DNA of 64,000 bases from Clostridia bacterium (lineage in GTDB: Bacteria; Bacillota; Clostridia; JAAYHZ01), in the NCBI GenBank assembly GCA_050950825.1, contig JBMNIH010000006.1, positions 256,001 through 320,000 of the forward strand. Direction: 5' to 3'. Of this stretch, positions 38,982 to 48,955 are shown one piece after another. Within the stretch, counting starts at the first letter, position 1. Every line of letters starts with the position of its first letter. The notes under the pieces are model-generated. The model was not told the origin of the DNA. It worked only from the letters and a program-made list of their open reading frames with translations, and made no database searches. The position numbers were made by a program, and so were the translations under genes.

Positions 38982-41816
38982 TTAAAAGTCGTAGGACGTC
39001 ATATCGTCTTTATCTTCTACGGTATACTCGTTATCCCCTAATTTTACATACGTTCCTTTCGATGCACGGATTAAAACAAGATTCTTTTCCGCGTCAAACC
39101 TTAGCAGGCAAAAGTCGCTGTCCGTTTCTACCGCTCCAAATTCCGTTTCGATGGAAACGTCCTCTTTTACCTTCAGGTCCGGATCCAAAAGGACCAACAC
39201 GTCGGTGTATCCGTCTATCGTCTCCACGGCTATGGCGGCATTGGAATCGTACTCTTTGCCGTCTTCCAAAGTAATGCAAGAATATCTTTTTGCGCTTTGA
39301 ACATAGGATTTGTCTCGGGAATAAGGCTCCATAACGCTTACAAAGGTAGCCGTCTCCCCTTCTTTTACCGATCTTTCGGTAATGACGGTAGGTAGCATGA
39401 ATCCTTCATGACCTTGGGATTTCATGGCCATAGAAGGAGGAAGCCACGTATCGCATAAAATCACGTTCTCGTCACGAGTCAAATCGATCATTTTCAAATG
39501 CATTTTTGTGCCGTATGCAATCTGGTTCAAAACATTAACGATGGCCCAATCCGCCGTCCACACCTCTTGGGTTTCAACGCTTTCTTGGAAATTCTCCATG
39601 TATACGTATTCCGGATATTCTCTTTGGGTTTCCTTTAAAGTCAAGCCGGATACGGTCAAATCCCCGATGTTGCTGCGGCTGAATTTTTCATACGTTCCGG
39701 CAGGTCCGTCACCGACACGGAATACATCCACGATATAGGTATTGTTTTTGCTGATATTGACAAGAGCCAAAGAACGTTCGAACTTTTTAACGCCCGGGAA
39801 CGTATTCGGCGCATTGGCCCGAATCACCTTGGCGATGTCCCCGATGGACCACAAGGTGGCAACTCCGTCGGTTCTCGAATGGTTCATGTTATTGAAAGTA
39901 ATCGTATTGTGGGCTTGGACCGCACGGTTCCATTTCACCACATCGGAACGCCAGCCGTCGCCGTAAGCCACGTTTGGATAGCCGTTGTCCGGCATCATGT
40001 CCGCATCCATAAGGTATATGCCGTAGACCATGCCGTCGGAATGGTCATGGGACGTTTTATTGGTACCGAAATTGATCCAAACCTCCGTCCGTTCTTGGCC
40101 TCCCCCCGTTCTTAAAACGGCCATTTGGTATTCGTCCTTTCGGACGCTGCCAAGTTCGATCTCGGATCCTTCTTCCTTAATGATTTCGTCAATCTCCTTG
40201 GTGATTTCGGGAATCCCTTCCAGGTACACGAAGTTTTTGAAGGCATGCTGCGCTCGGCGCCCGTTGGTATTGAACAAAATCTTTATTAAATCCGTGTCTC
40301 CGGTTAGCTTATACAATTTATACAGCATCAGATTCTGCAAGCCCTCGCTGTTGACGTAGATACCGGAGGTGGATCCGAAATAGCCCACGTCGCCTAATAC
40401 GGGAAAATATCGATTGACACAGTACATATCGATGTGGAACCGATAAGCGTCGTACAGCTTCGGGCATCTTTCGTACATCTTTTCAATAAAGTCCGGATCC
40501 GCTTGATAAAACAGGTTGCACATCAAAGCAATGGCGTGCTTGCCCATGGTGGCATATCCGTTTAAGCCGCTTTCCCCGGTCATACCGTCGTATTTGGTAT
40601 TCAACGTTATGATGTCCGCAATTTCGTCATACAATTTTCCTTTTTCCGTTTCCCAATCCAAAACGGCTCGTGCCGTAAACAAAGCCAGTTCCGTATAGGG
40701 AGGATTGCTGCGATACTTTTGGGGATTGGCAATGGTATCCTTTAAGAAACGGTCGTCGATATTCTTTTTTACTTCTTCCGGGGTCTTCTTTTTGTTGGGA
40801 TTGCCGGTTTGCTCCGCTTTTTGCGACAAGAATTCGCACACCCTCGGATCCTTGTACAGCACCTCCACCACCTTGTCGTAAGCCATGGCCAAATCGTACA
40901 CTTCAAAAGCGCTGTCGATGTTGTAGGATATATATCCTTGGTTGGATTGCAAAATCTCGTACATCCAGCCTTGGGTCCAATAATCGTATTCCGGCCAAAA
41001 ATCCGCCAAACGGTCCAAAAGTATCAAGGCCCGTACGCCGTATTCGGTATCCCCGGTGAAGGTATAGGCGGAAGATAAATATCGAATGGCTTCCAATATC
41101 ACCAGCTTCCATTGGCCTTTAATGAGGTACGTGGCAATGAACCGGTACACTTGGTCGCCTTCCTTGTAGCCGGTACCGTCATCCACACCGAAGGTATCCT
41201 TCGTGTCGCCGCTCTCCTCGTTATACAGAAGGCTTTTATCGGCAAGCTCGGGATTGAATCGCCCGCTTTTATCCAGACCGGATTGATAATAGGCGTAAAA
41301 ATCGTTCTTCGGGAACAAGGAATTGCATTTGGGGCATTTCAGCTTCCACGGATGTTCGTTTACATTTATCACCCAGTCGTACATCAGGACCGGCTTTCGG
41401 CATTCGGGACAGATCCCGTCGGATTTTACCATCCAGGATCGCTCCAGCTCCGGCCCGAAGATTAAGCCCCAAAGCTCATCATAACTCATTTCCATATACT
41501 TTTGGGCGGCATTGACTGCCGTTTGCTTGGCCGCTTTAAATTCCAAAAGCTCCGTGGAGTTTCGCCTTATGGTATCCAATATTCTTTCGGAATAAAAGAC
41601 GGAGGATATCGGTATCGTCGGTTCCTCGGGCACAACAGGCTTTTGGTTCTCGGTCTGCTTCTCCGTTGTTGTCATAACAGGGGTTGTCGTTTCCCGCTCC
41701 GTCGTTTGCTCGGTTTCTTTCGGTTCCTCCTCGCCGCTTTTTGTACATGCCGCTCCGGTAACAAGAAGCACAAATACGAGCAAAAAGCATAAGGTTCTTA
41801 CGATTTTTCCTTTCAT
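38982..41816 (-). CDS. Heparinase II/III-like lipoprotein with zinc-ribbon insert (paralog C)
   Basis: Lipobox GAAC, Thr/Glu linker, CPEC...CPKC, GESGLNGY, SHDHSD, DNGYP and HNTI motifs. Confidence 0.7.
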   Translation of the reverse strand: MKGKIVRTLCFLLVFVLLVTGAACTKSGEEEPKETEQTTERETTTPVMTTTEKQTENQKPVVPEEPTIPISSVFYSERILDTIRRNSTELLEFKAAKQTAVNAAQKYMEMSYDELWGLIFGPELERSWMVKSDGICPECRKPVLMYDWVINVNEHPWKLKCPKCNSLFPKNDFYAYYQSGLDKSGRFNPELADKSLLYNEESGDTKDTFGVDDGTGYKEGDQVYRFIATYLIKGQWKLVILEAIRYLSSAYTFTGDTEYGVRALILLDRLADFWPEYDYWTQGWMYEILQSNQGYISYNIDSAFEVYDLAMAYDKVVEVLYKDPRVCEFLSQKAEQTGNPNKKKTPEEVKKNIDDRFLKDTIANPQKYRSNPPYTELALFTARAVLDWETEKGKLYDEIADIITLNTKYDGMTGESGLNGYATMGKHAIALMCNLFYQADPDFIEKMYERCPKLYDAYRFHIDMYCVNRYFPVLGDVGYFGSTSGIYVNSEGLQNLMLYKLYKLTGDTDLIKILFNTNGRRAQHAFKNFVYLEGIPEITKEIDEIIKEEGSEIELGSVRKDEYQMAVLRTGGGQERTEVWINFGTNKTSHDHSDGMVYGIYLMDADMMPDNGYPNVAYGDGWRSDVVKWNRAVQAHNTITFNNMNHSRTDGVATLWSIGDIAKVIRANAPNTFPGVKKFERSLALVNISKNNTYIVDVFRVGDGPAGTYEKFSRSNIGDLTVSGLTLKETQREYPEYVYMENFQESVETQEVWTADWAIVNVLNQIAYGTKMHLKMIDLTRDENVILCDTWLPPSMAMKSQGHEGFMLPTVITERSVKEGETATFVSVMEPYSRDKSYVQSAKRYSCITLEDGKEYDSNAAIAVETIDGYTDVLVLLDPDLKVKEDVSIETEFGAVETDSDFCLLRFDAEKNLVLIRASKGTYVKLGDNEYTVEDKDDMTSYDF

Positions 41817-41842
41817 CTTTCTTCTCCTTACCTGCTTTATGT

Positions 41843-44683
41843 CTATACGTCAAAGTCGTATTCGGTCACTTCGTCGGTATTGCTTACCGCATACATTTCG
41901 CCCTTGATACGGACATAATCCCCTCGGGATGCTCGGATCATAAGGATTTTTCCTTCTTGGTCCAAGCGGATGAGCAAGGATTGGCAATTGGTTTCAATTT
42001 GCCCGATCTCGGTATCGATGATAACGTCCAAAAGCTCTTGGTCCAAATCTCCGTCCAAAAGGACGATGATATCCTTTCTTTGATTGGTTGTTTCCACAAG
42101 CACCGCCGCATTTTCATCATGATCGGTATTGTCCGCTACGGAGACACACCCTAGCCGTTTTGCGGACAGGATCTTGGATTCTCTGGAGAAAGGCTCCAAT
42201 ATGGATACGAAGGTAGCGACTTCTCCTGCTTCTACGGTTCGTTCGGTAATAACGGTAGGCAGTTGGAAGCCTTCGTGCCCCCGGGATTTCAGTTCCATGG
42301 AAGGAGGAAGCCAAGTATCGCAAATATAAACGTTTTCATCACGAGTCAAATCCGTCATCTTTAAATGGAGGGCATAAGCATAACTAAATACGTTGAAGTA
42401 GTTGGTCAATGCCCAATCGGCTACCCAAACCTCGTCGGTTTCCACGCTCTTTTGGAAATTGCTCATGTATACGGCTTTAGGATATGTACGCTCCGTCTCT
42501 TCAAGGGTCAAGCCTTCCGTACTGAAATTGGCGATGTTGCTTCGATTGTATTTTTCGTAAGAGCCGGCAGGCCCGTTTCCGACACGGAACACATCCAAAA
42601 GATATGTATTTTTCATGTTAATATCTACCAAAGCCAAGGTCCTTTCGTATTTTTGTACACCCGAGAACATGCCCGGAGCATTGGCTCGGAATACTTTAAA
42701 TACATCGCCGATTGACCATAAGGTGCAAGTTCCGTTTGCTCTCGATTGCCTTTGGTTGTTAAAGGCTATAACGTTGTGCGATGCGGTTCCCGTGAACCAA
42801 CTCACCACGTCGGAGCTCCATCCTCCGCCGTAGCTGACGTTGGGATACCCGTTGTCCGGCATCAGATCCGCGTCTTGGTAATAGATGCCGATGTTCATAC
42901 CGTCGCCGTGGCTGTGAGATATTTTGTTGGTACCGAAGTTGATCCATACCTCCGTCGCATCCGGATGCTCTCCGGTTCGTAATACGGCGATTTGGTACTC
43001 GTCCTTTCTTACGCTTCCCAATTCGATTTTCGGATTCGCTTTTCCGATGGTTTCCACGACCTTCATTTTTTCCGATAGATTGTCTAATGTTACAAAGTTG
43101 CTGAAGGCGCCTCTTGACTGGTAGCCGTTGTTAATCCAGATGACGCGGATAAGATCTTCGTCTCCGGTAAGCTCGTAGAGCTTATACAGCATTAAATTTT
43201 CCAGCCCTCCGCTGGCGGGATATGCACTTACCCCGGAGCCGAAATAGCTGACGTCCCCTAATATCGGGTAGTATTTGTTCACGCAGCGCAAATCGATATG
43301 GAATCGATAAGCGTCGTACAGCTTCGGAACTCGGTTGTACATTTTTTCGATGAAATCCGGATCCGCTAGGGTAAACAAGTTGCACATCTTGGCGATGGCG
43401 CTTTTCCCCATGGTGGCATACCCTGCCAAGCCGCTTTCACCGGTCATTCCGTCGTATTTGGTGTTCTCTTTGATGATGTCGGCGATGGTGTTTTCCAAAT
43501 ACTCTCGATTATTCTCCCAATTCAACACCCCTAAGCAAGCCATAACCGCAAGCTCGGTGTAAGGGGCGTTGCTTAAAATTTTATCTTGGTTGTTCACGAT
43601 ATCTTTTAAAATACGTTCGTCAATGTTTCTTTTTATATCATAGGGGGTTTCTTTTTTGTTCTCCACCCCGGTAATCTTGGCCTTTTCGGATAAATATTCG
43701 CATACGAAGGGTTCTTTGAAAAGAACCTCCACCACCTTGTCGTAAGCCAAAGCCAAATCATAGGCTTCGAAAGCGGCGTCGATTCGATAGGACAAATAGC
43801 CGGCGCAGGTTCCGATTCTTTCGTACAACCAGCCCTGCTCGTTATAATCATATTCCGGCCAAAAGTCCGCCAAACGGTCCAATAAAATCAATGTACGGAC
43901 GGCGTATTCCGTCTCTTGCGTGTAGATGTAGGCATCGCTTAAGGTCTTTATGGCATCCAAAATCTGCCTTTTCCATTGTCCGTATACCAAATAGGTTTGT
44001 ATAAAGCGGAACACCTTTCCGTCTTCAATATAGCCGTTGCCGTCGTCCACACCGAATTTGTCGTTTTTATCTCCGGTTTCCATGTTGTAGAGCAGGCTTT
44101 TATCGGCACGATCATGGGAAAATCTCCCGGATTCGTCCAAGCCGGACCGGTAATAGGCGTAAAAGTCGTTTTTCGGGAAGAACTCCTTGCATTTCGGACA
44201 TTGCAGCTTCCACGGATTCGTCTGGGGATTGATTATCCAATCGTACATAATAACCGGCTGCCTGCAGCTAGGACAGATTCCGTCGGATAACACCATCCAA
44301 GATCGATCCAGCTCCGGCCCGTATATCCATCCCCACAATTCATCGTAATCCAATTCCAGGTACTTTTTAGCCGCATTGATGGCGATTTGCTTCGCCGCCT
44401 TAAATTCCAAAAGCTCTTCGCAATTCTTTTGAATGTTTTCCAAAATGGTTTTGGAATAAAAGGTGCCGGATACGGGTATTTCAACTTCAACAGGCTTCGC
44501 GGTTGTTTCCTCCGTCTTGCTCGGAGTCGTTTCTTTTGCGGTTGTAACCGTTTGCTCGACGGTTGTAGTCTCTTCGGTTTCTTTCGTTAACGGCTCTTTT
44601 TCTCCCGTTTGGGTGCAAGATGCCGAAAGAAGCATTATGAAAATGAGTCCTAAAGAAATGATTTTTTTCAATGAGCGGTTCAT
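41843..44683 (-). CDS. Heparinase II/III-like lipoprotein with zinc-ribbon insert (paralog B)
   Basis: Lipobox SASC, Thr-rich linker, CPSC...CPKC, GESGLAGY, SHSHGD, DNGYP and SHNVI motifs. Confidence 0.7.
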   Translation of the reverse strand: MNRSLKKIISLGLIFIMLLSASCTQTGEKEPLTKETEETTTVEQTVTTAKETTPSKTEETTAKPVEVEIPVSGTFYSKTILENIQKNCEELLEFKAAKQIAINAAKKYLELDYDELWGWIYGPELDRSWMVLSDGICPSCRQPVIMYDWIINPQTNPWKLQCPKCKEFFPKNDFYAYYRSGLDESGRFSHDRADKSLLYNMETGDKNDKFGVDDGNGYIEDGKVFRFIQTYLVYGQWKRQILDAIKTLSDAYIYTQETEYAVRTLILLDRLADFWPEYDYNEQGWLYERIGTCAGYLSYRIDAAFEAYDLALAYDKVVEVLFKEPFVCEYLSEKAKITGVENKKETPYDIKRNIDERILKDIVNNQDKILSNAPYTELAVMACLGVLNWENNREYLENTIADIIKENTKYDGMTGESGLAGYATMGKSAIAKMCNLFTLADPDFIEKMYNRVPKLYDAYRFHIDLRCVNKYYPILGDVSYFGSGVSAYPASGGLENLMLYKLYELTGDEDLIRVIWINNGYQSRGAFSNFVTLDNLSEKMKVVETIGKANPKIELGSVRKDEYQIAVLRTGEHPDATEVWINFGTNKISHSHGDGMNIGIYYQDADLMPDNGYPNVSYGGGWSSDVVSWFTGTASHNVIAFNNQRQSRANGTCTLWSIGDVFKVFRANAPGMFSGVQKYERTLALVDINMKNTYLLDVFRVGNGPAGSYEKYNRSNIANFSTEGLTLEETERTYPKAVYMSNFQKSVETDEVWVADWALTNYFNVFSYAYALHLKMTDLTRDENVYICDTWLPPSMELKSRGHEGFQLPTVITERTVEAGEVATFVSILEPFSRESKILSAKRLGCVSVADNTDHDENAAVLVETTNQRKDIIVLLDGDLDQELLDVIIDTEIGQIETNCQSLLIRLDQEGKILMIRASRGDYVRIKGEMYAVSNTDEVTEYDFDV

Positions 44684-44797
44684 AGAGCCTCCTTATGGAT
44701 ATGTAAACCATGTTTTTTTATCATACCGTATTTTCCTGTATGGACCAAATTTATTATAGCACAACCGAAGCCCTAATTTGCCACCGATTCCCTTAAA

Positions 44798-47566
44798 TTA
44801 GGGAAAATCGATGATCGTAGGTTCTTCGGAATTTTTGATAGAATACTCCCTATCGTTAATTTTTACGAATGATCCTTTTGATGCACGGATCATTTTTAGA
44901 TTTCCTTCCTTGTCGTACCTCACAAAGCATGCTTGCGCATCGGTTGTAATCTCTCCCTTATCCGCCGTCACTTTCACCGAATCGGAAGACACCGTTTCCG
45001 GATCTACAAGGATAATCACATCCGTGGTTCCGGTTGCATTTTCCACGGAGATTGCAATATTCGTATCCGGGTCTTTGCCGTCGGATAAAAGCATGCAGCT
45101 TAAACGCTTCACATTCGTAATGAGCGGTTCTTTTGAATAGGGCTCTAAAACGCTTACAAAGGCCGTTGTTTCTCCTTCCCTTACGGTCTTGGATGTAATA
45201 ACCGTCGGAAGCTGAAACCCTTGGTGTCCGTCCGTACTCATTTCATAGGACGGAGGAAGCCAAGTATCGCATATATACACCGTTTCCCCGCGGGTTAAAT
45301 CCAACAGACGAAGATGCATGTCTTCTCCGTATTCGATGACATCAAAGTAATCTTCCGTTGCCCAGTCCGCTTCCCATACCGCATCCGTTTGGATGCTGCG
45401 TTTAAAGTTTTTCATGTAAACACCCGAGGGATACGATTTTTGAACGTCCAAAAATCGTAGGCCTTTTACTTCCATCTTCCCGATATTCCCTCGATTGAAA
45501 CGCTCGTAGGTACCCGCAGGCCCGTTTCCTACGCGAAATACATCCACCACATAAGCGTTTTGGTCGGTAATATCGATTAAGCATAAGGACCGCTCGTACC
45601 TTTTTACGTTAGGGAAAGTTCCGGATGCGTTGGCCCGCAATACTTTAAAGGTATCACCGATGGACCACAAGGTTATCCTTCCGAAGGTTCGGCTATGGCT
45701 TTGGTTGTTGAAGGAAATCACGTTATGTGCCATGGAGTTGTACGCCCACGCCACCACCGGTGAGTTCCACCCGTCGCCGTAAGCTACGTTAGGATAGCCG
45801 TTGTCCGGCATCAAATCCGCATCTTTGTAGTAAATACCGATATTCATACCGTCTTTATGGTCGTGAGAGATTTTGTTGGTGCCGTAGTTGATCCATACCT
45901 CCGTCCGATCCTTTCCTACTCCGGTACGAAGCACGGCGATTTGGTACTTTTCCTTTTTTACGCTCTCCAATGTTACGACGCTTTTTTCTTTTATCACCTT
46001 GGCGATGGTTTCGCACCGCTTATCAATATCCGGCAATCCGGGAAACCAAAGAAACGCCCCTTCGGTTTTGTTGCCGTTTGCTTGATAAATGACTCTTAGC
46101 AAATCCTCGTCCCCTGTTTCTTCGTAAAGCTCGTACAGCATCAGGTTTTCAAGTCCGCCGCTGTTAGGATACGTCCCTCCGTCCAAACCGAAATAGGAGG
46201 TGTCTCCTAAAATGGGGTAGTATTTATCTACGCAGTAAAGGTCGATATGAAAGCGGTAGGCCTGGTAGAGAGCTTTGCTTCGGTTGTACATGGTTTTGAT
46301 AAAATCGGGATCCGTGTACACGAACAGGTTGCAAAGCTTGGCGATGGCGCTTTTCCCCATGGCGGCATACCCCATCAGACCGCTTTCTCCCGTCATCCCG
46401 TCGTATTTGGTATTGTCGGTAATGATGCTTTGTATCCTCGATGCAATCACCCCTCGGTTATCGGGCCAATCCAATACGGCGGAAGCGACAATAATAGCGA
46501 CATCGGTGTAAGGAACGTTGCATTGGAGTTTGGCAGGATTTTTTATAAAATCCCTTAAAATTCTCTCGTCGATATTTCTTTTTACGTCTTCCGGGGTCTT
46601 TTTCGGATTTTTATTCTCCGTTCGAAGAGCTTTTTCGGATAGAAATTCACAAATTTTCGGTTCCTTAAAAAGAAGCTCTTTTACTTTGTCGTAAGCGACC
46701 GCCATATCGTAGGCCTCGAAAGCCGCATCGATTCGATAGGAAATATAACCGGCGGAGTATTGGATACGTTCATACAACCACCCTTGCTTGTAATAGTCGT
46801 ATTCCGGCCAAAAATCCGCCAAGCGGTCTAAAAGGATCAACGCACGTATTCCGTATTCCGGGTTTTGGGTATAGATATAGGCTTCGGATAAGGTATTGAT
46901 GCCTTCCAAAATGGTCTTCTTCCATTGGCCGTAAACAAGATATGTAGCGATAAAGCGGAAGATTCGGTCTCCTTGCTTGAACCCTCTGCCGTCGTCAACA
47001 CCGAACTTGTCGTCCTTGTTCCCGGTTTCCTCGTTGAAAAGCAGACTTTTGTCCGCACGATCGTAAGAAAACCTTCCCTTTTCATCCAATCCGGAACGGT
47101 AAAAAGCATAAAAATCGTTTTTAGGAAATAATTCTTCGCAATGAGGACACATCAGCTTCCAAGGGTGCTTAAAAGGATCGATAATCCAATCGTACATGAC
47201 CACCGGCTTTCTGCAGGCAGGGCATATGCCGTCAGACAGAACCATCCAGGACCGCTCCAAATTCGGATCGAAAACCAGCTCCCACAGTTCGTCATAGGTC
47301 ATTTCCATAAACTTTTCGGCCGCTTCTACAATTTCTTGCCGTTTTTCTTTGAATTCGGGAAATTTTTCGCAATTGGTTTGAATATTCCTTAACACGTCAT
47401 CTCCGAAAAAGGTGCTCGTGAACGGTTTATCTTCCGCTTCTTCCCGTGTTATTTCCGTTACCGTGATACTGCTTTCGGATATTTTCGGATCCGTGCCGGT
47501 GCACGAAGTCAGAAAAAGGATAACCATAGCAAGTCCCGTTGCAATGAATTTTTCGAATCTTTTCAC
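44798..47566 (-). CDS. Heparinase II/III-like lipoprotein with zinc-ribbon insert (paralog A)
   Basis: GTG start after GAGG, lipobox LTSC, CPAC...CPHC, GESGLMGY, SHDHKD, DNGYP and AHNVI motifs. Confidence 0.7.
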   Translation of the reverse strand: MKRFEKFIATGLAMVILFLTSCTGTDPKISESSITVTEITREEAEDKPFTSTFFGDDVLRNIQTNCEKFPEFKEKRQEIVEAAEKFMEMTYDELWELVFDPNLERSWMVLSDGICPACRKPVVMYDWIIDPFKHPWKLMCPHCEELFPKNDFYAFYRSGLDEKGRFSYDRADKSLLFNEETGNKDDKFGVDDGRGFKQGDRIFRFIATYLVYGQWKKTILEGINTLSEAYIYTQNPEYGIRALILLDRLADFWPEYDYYKQGWLYERIQYSAGYISYRIDAAFEAYDMAVAYDKVKELLFKEPKICEFLSEKALRTENKNPKKTPEDVKRNIDERILRDFIKNPAKLQCNVPYTDVAIIVASAVLDWPDNRGVIASRIQSIITDNTKYDGMTGESGLMGYAAMGKSAIAKLCNLFVYTDPDFIKTMYNRSKALYQAYRFHIDLYCVDKYYPILGDTSYFGLDGGTYPNSGGLENLMLYELYEETGDEDLLRVIYQANGNKTEGAFLWFPGLPDIDKRCETIAKVIKEKSVVTLESVKKEKYQIAVLRTGVGKDRTEVWINYGTNKISHDHKDGMNIGIYYKDADLMPDNGYPNVAYGDGWNSPVVAWAYNSMAHNVISFNNQSHSRTFGRITLWSIGDTFKVLRANASGTFPNVKRYERSLCLIDITDQNAYVVDVFRVGNGPAGTYERFNRGNIGKMEVKGLRFLDVQKSYPSGVYMKNFKRSIQTDAVWEADWATEDYFDVIEYGEDMHLRLLDLTRGETVYICDTWLPPSYEMSTDGHQGFQLPTVITSKTVREGETTAFVSVLEPYSKEPLITNVKRLSCMLLSDGKDPDTNIAISVENATGTTDVIILVDPETVSSDSVKVTADKGEITTDAQACFVRYDKEGNLKMIRASKGSFVKINDREYSIKNSEEPTIIDFP

Positions 47567-47643
47567 AACAAGACACCTCGTTTCTATTGTAAAAATAGTT
47601 ACTGCATGATCCTTCGGACAATCATGCCGTTACATTCATATCG

Positions 47644-48927
47644 TTATAGCACCAGTTCCTCGTAATAAGGAACCTTTTCAAAAATACCGCCGCTTTTTTC
47701 GTAAAAATCATCGTCCAAGAAGAACAATCCGTCCTTTTGAACCGCCCACAGGCTGTTCGGATAGGGTCTGTATAAAAGCATTTGGTCCCAATCCTTGTAG
47801 TTTTGGTGACCGTTTGTTTCCAATACGCCGATTTTCATACCCGGCAAAGGATCCAATCTTGCAGCGACACATTTGTTCCAATCCACCATCAACGGAGGAA
47901 CGGTCAGGTCGGCGCAAAAACAAGGGATCTTATTCTCCTTGCATACCTTTGCAATTTGAAGGCTCATGCTCAAGGTTTTTGCAATAGGCTTAAGAGCGAT
48001 GGCTTTGTAGCCTAAACCGATGCGTTCAATAGCGTCATGAACGGTGTGGGCGCTTTCATCCGCAGCCACCGGTACGGGAATATCCCGAATGTCTTCCTTG
48101 TACTCTTCCGGGAAAGGTTCTTCGAATACGATAATTCTTTCAAGGGCTCCGATGGAATCGGCGTAATCCAAAAAATCCTTTAAGGACTCTTTGTCGGGAT
48201 ACCGCCCGTTGGCATCCAAGTAATACGGAATTTTTCCGTCCTTCGTCCAAGGGATTTCGATATCCTTCAACAGCTCGTGGATTTGTCGAATTCTTTTTTT
48301 ATCCCAATCCAGCATTTTCTCCACGGAGCCGTCCTTGTCGGGGTCATTGCCTACCTTGATTTTGAAGAAAAAATACCCCTGCTTAACTAAATCCAATATT
48401 TCTTTTTCCCCTAAAGAATAGTTCACCAAAGGAATGCACGCCAGCTTCTCGTGTTTTACGCTTAAAGCCTTTCTGTATTTTTCTCCGATCATTTCGTCAA
48501 AGTCGGATATTCCGTTTTCGGCAGCATAAAGCTGCCATGCAGCCAAGTCGATCGGAACCAATGCATTGAGGGCAAAGGTTTCCCTAATAGGGCATCCTGT
48601 CAGATGCCTGCCGTATTCCAATACCTTCGGATAAAGAATATCCAACAATTGGAGGGGGTTTTCAAACTCCGTATTCACGCAATTTTTCACGGCGTATTCG
48701 GTAAGAAGAAACATAACCGCATTTCCGCCCTCGGGAGAATAACGGGAAAACACACCGGCATCGGACCACAATACGCTTTGTACTCCAAGACCTAACCCCG
48801 TATTTCCCTTCTCGCTTTCAAGACGGACAACAACCTGCCATAAACCGTTGACATACTTGCCCTTAAAACCGAAAGGGGCTTTAAAGGATTCTTTTTTAAA
48901 ATTGATTTTTGCATCTTTTATTTTCAT
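47644..48927 (-). CDS. Enolase superfamily enzyme, MLE/dipeptide-epimerase type
   Basis: KIK, LDAN, FEEP, ADES and ALKP residues match the KxK/D/E/D/K catalytic set. Confidence 0.8.
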   Translation of the reverse strand: MKIKDAKINFKKESFKAPFGFKGKYVNGLWQVVVRLESEKGNTGLGLGVQSVLWSDAGVFSRYSPEGGNAVMFLLTEYAVKNCVNTEFENPLQLLDILYPKVLEYGRHLTGCPIRETFALNALVPIDLAAWQLYAAENGISDFDEMIGEKYRKALSVKHEKLACIPLVNYSLGEKEILDLVKQGYFFFKIKVGNDPDKDGSVEKMLDWDKKRIRQIHELLKDIEIPWTKDGKIPYYLDANGRYPDKESLKDFLDYADSIGALERIIVFEEPFPEEYKEDIRDIPVPVAADESAHTVHDAIERIGLGYKAIALKPIAKTLSMSLQIAKVCKENKIPCFCADLTVPPLMVDWNKCVAARLDPLPGMKIGVLETNGHQNYKDWDQMLLYRPYPNSLWAVQKDGLFFLDDDFYEKSGGIFEKVPYYEELVL

Positions 48928-48955
48928 TTTTTTATCAAAACCCTTCTTTTTTAGT

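Noticed and set aside
38982-47566. Lipoprotein triplet as an assembly duplication, DGR target or antigenic-variation cassette
   Set aside because: The copies are substantially diverged along their length, each has an intact signal peptide, and there is no adenine-specific variation, recombinase or inversion repeat.
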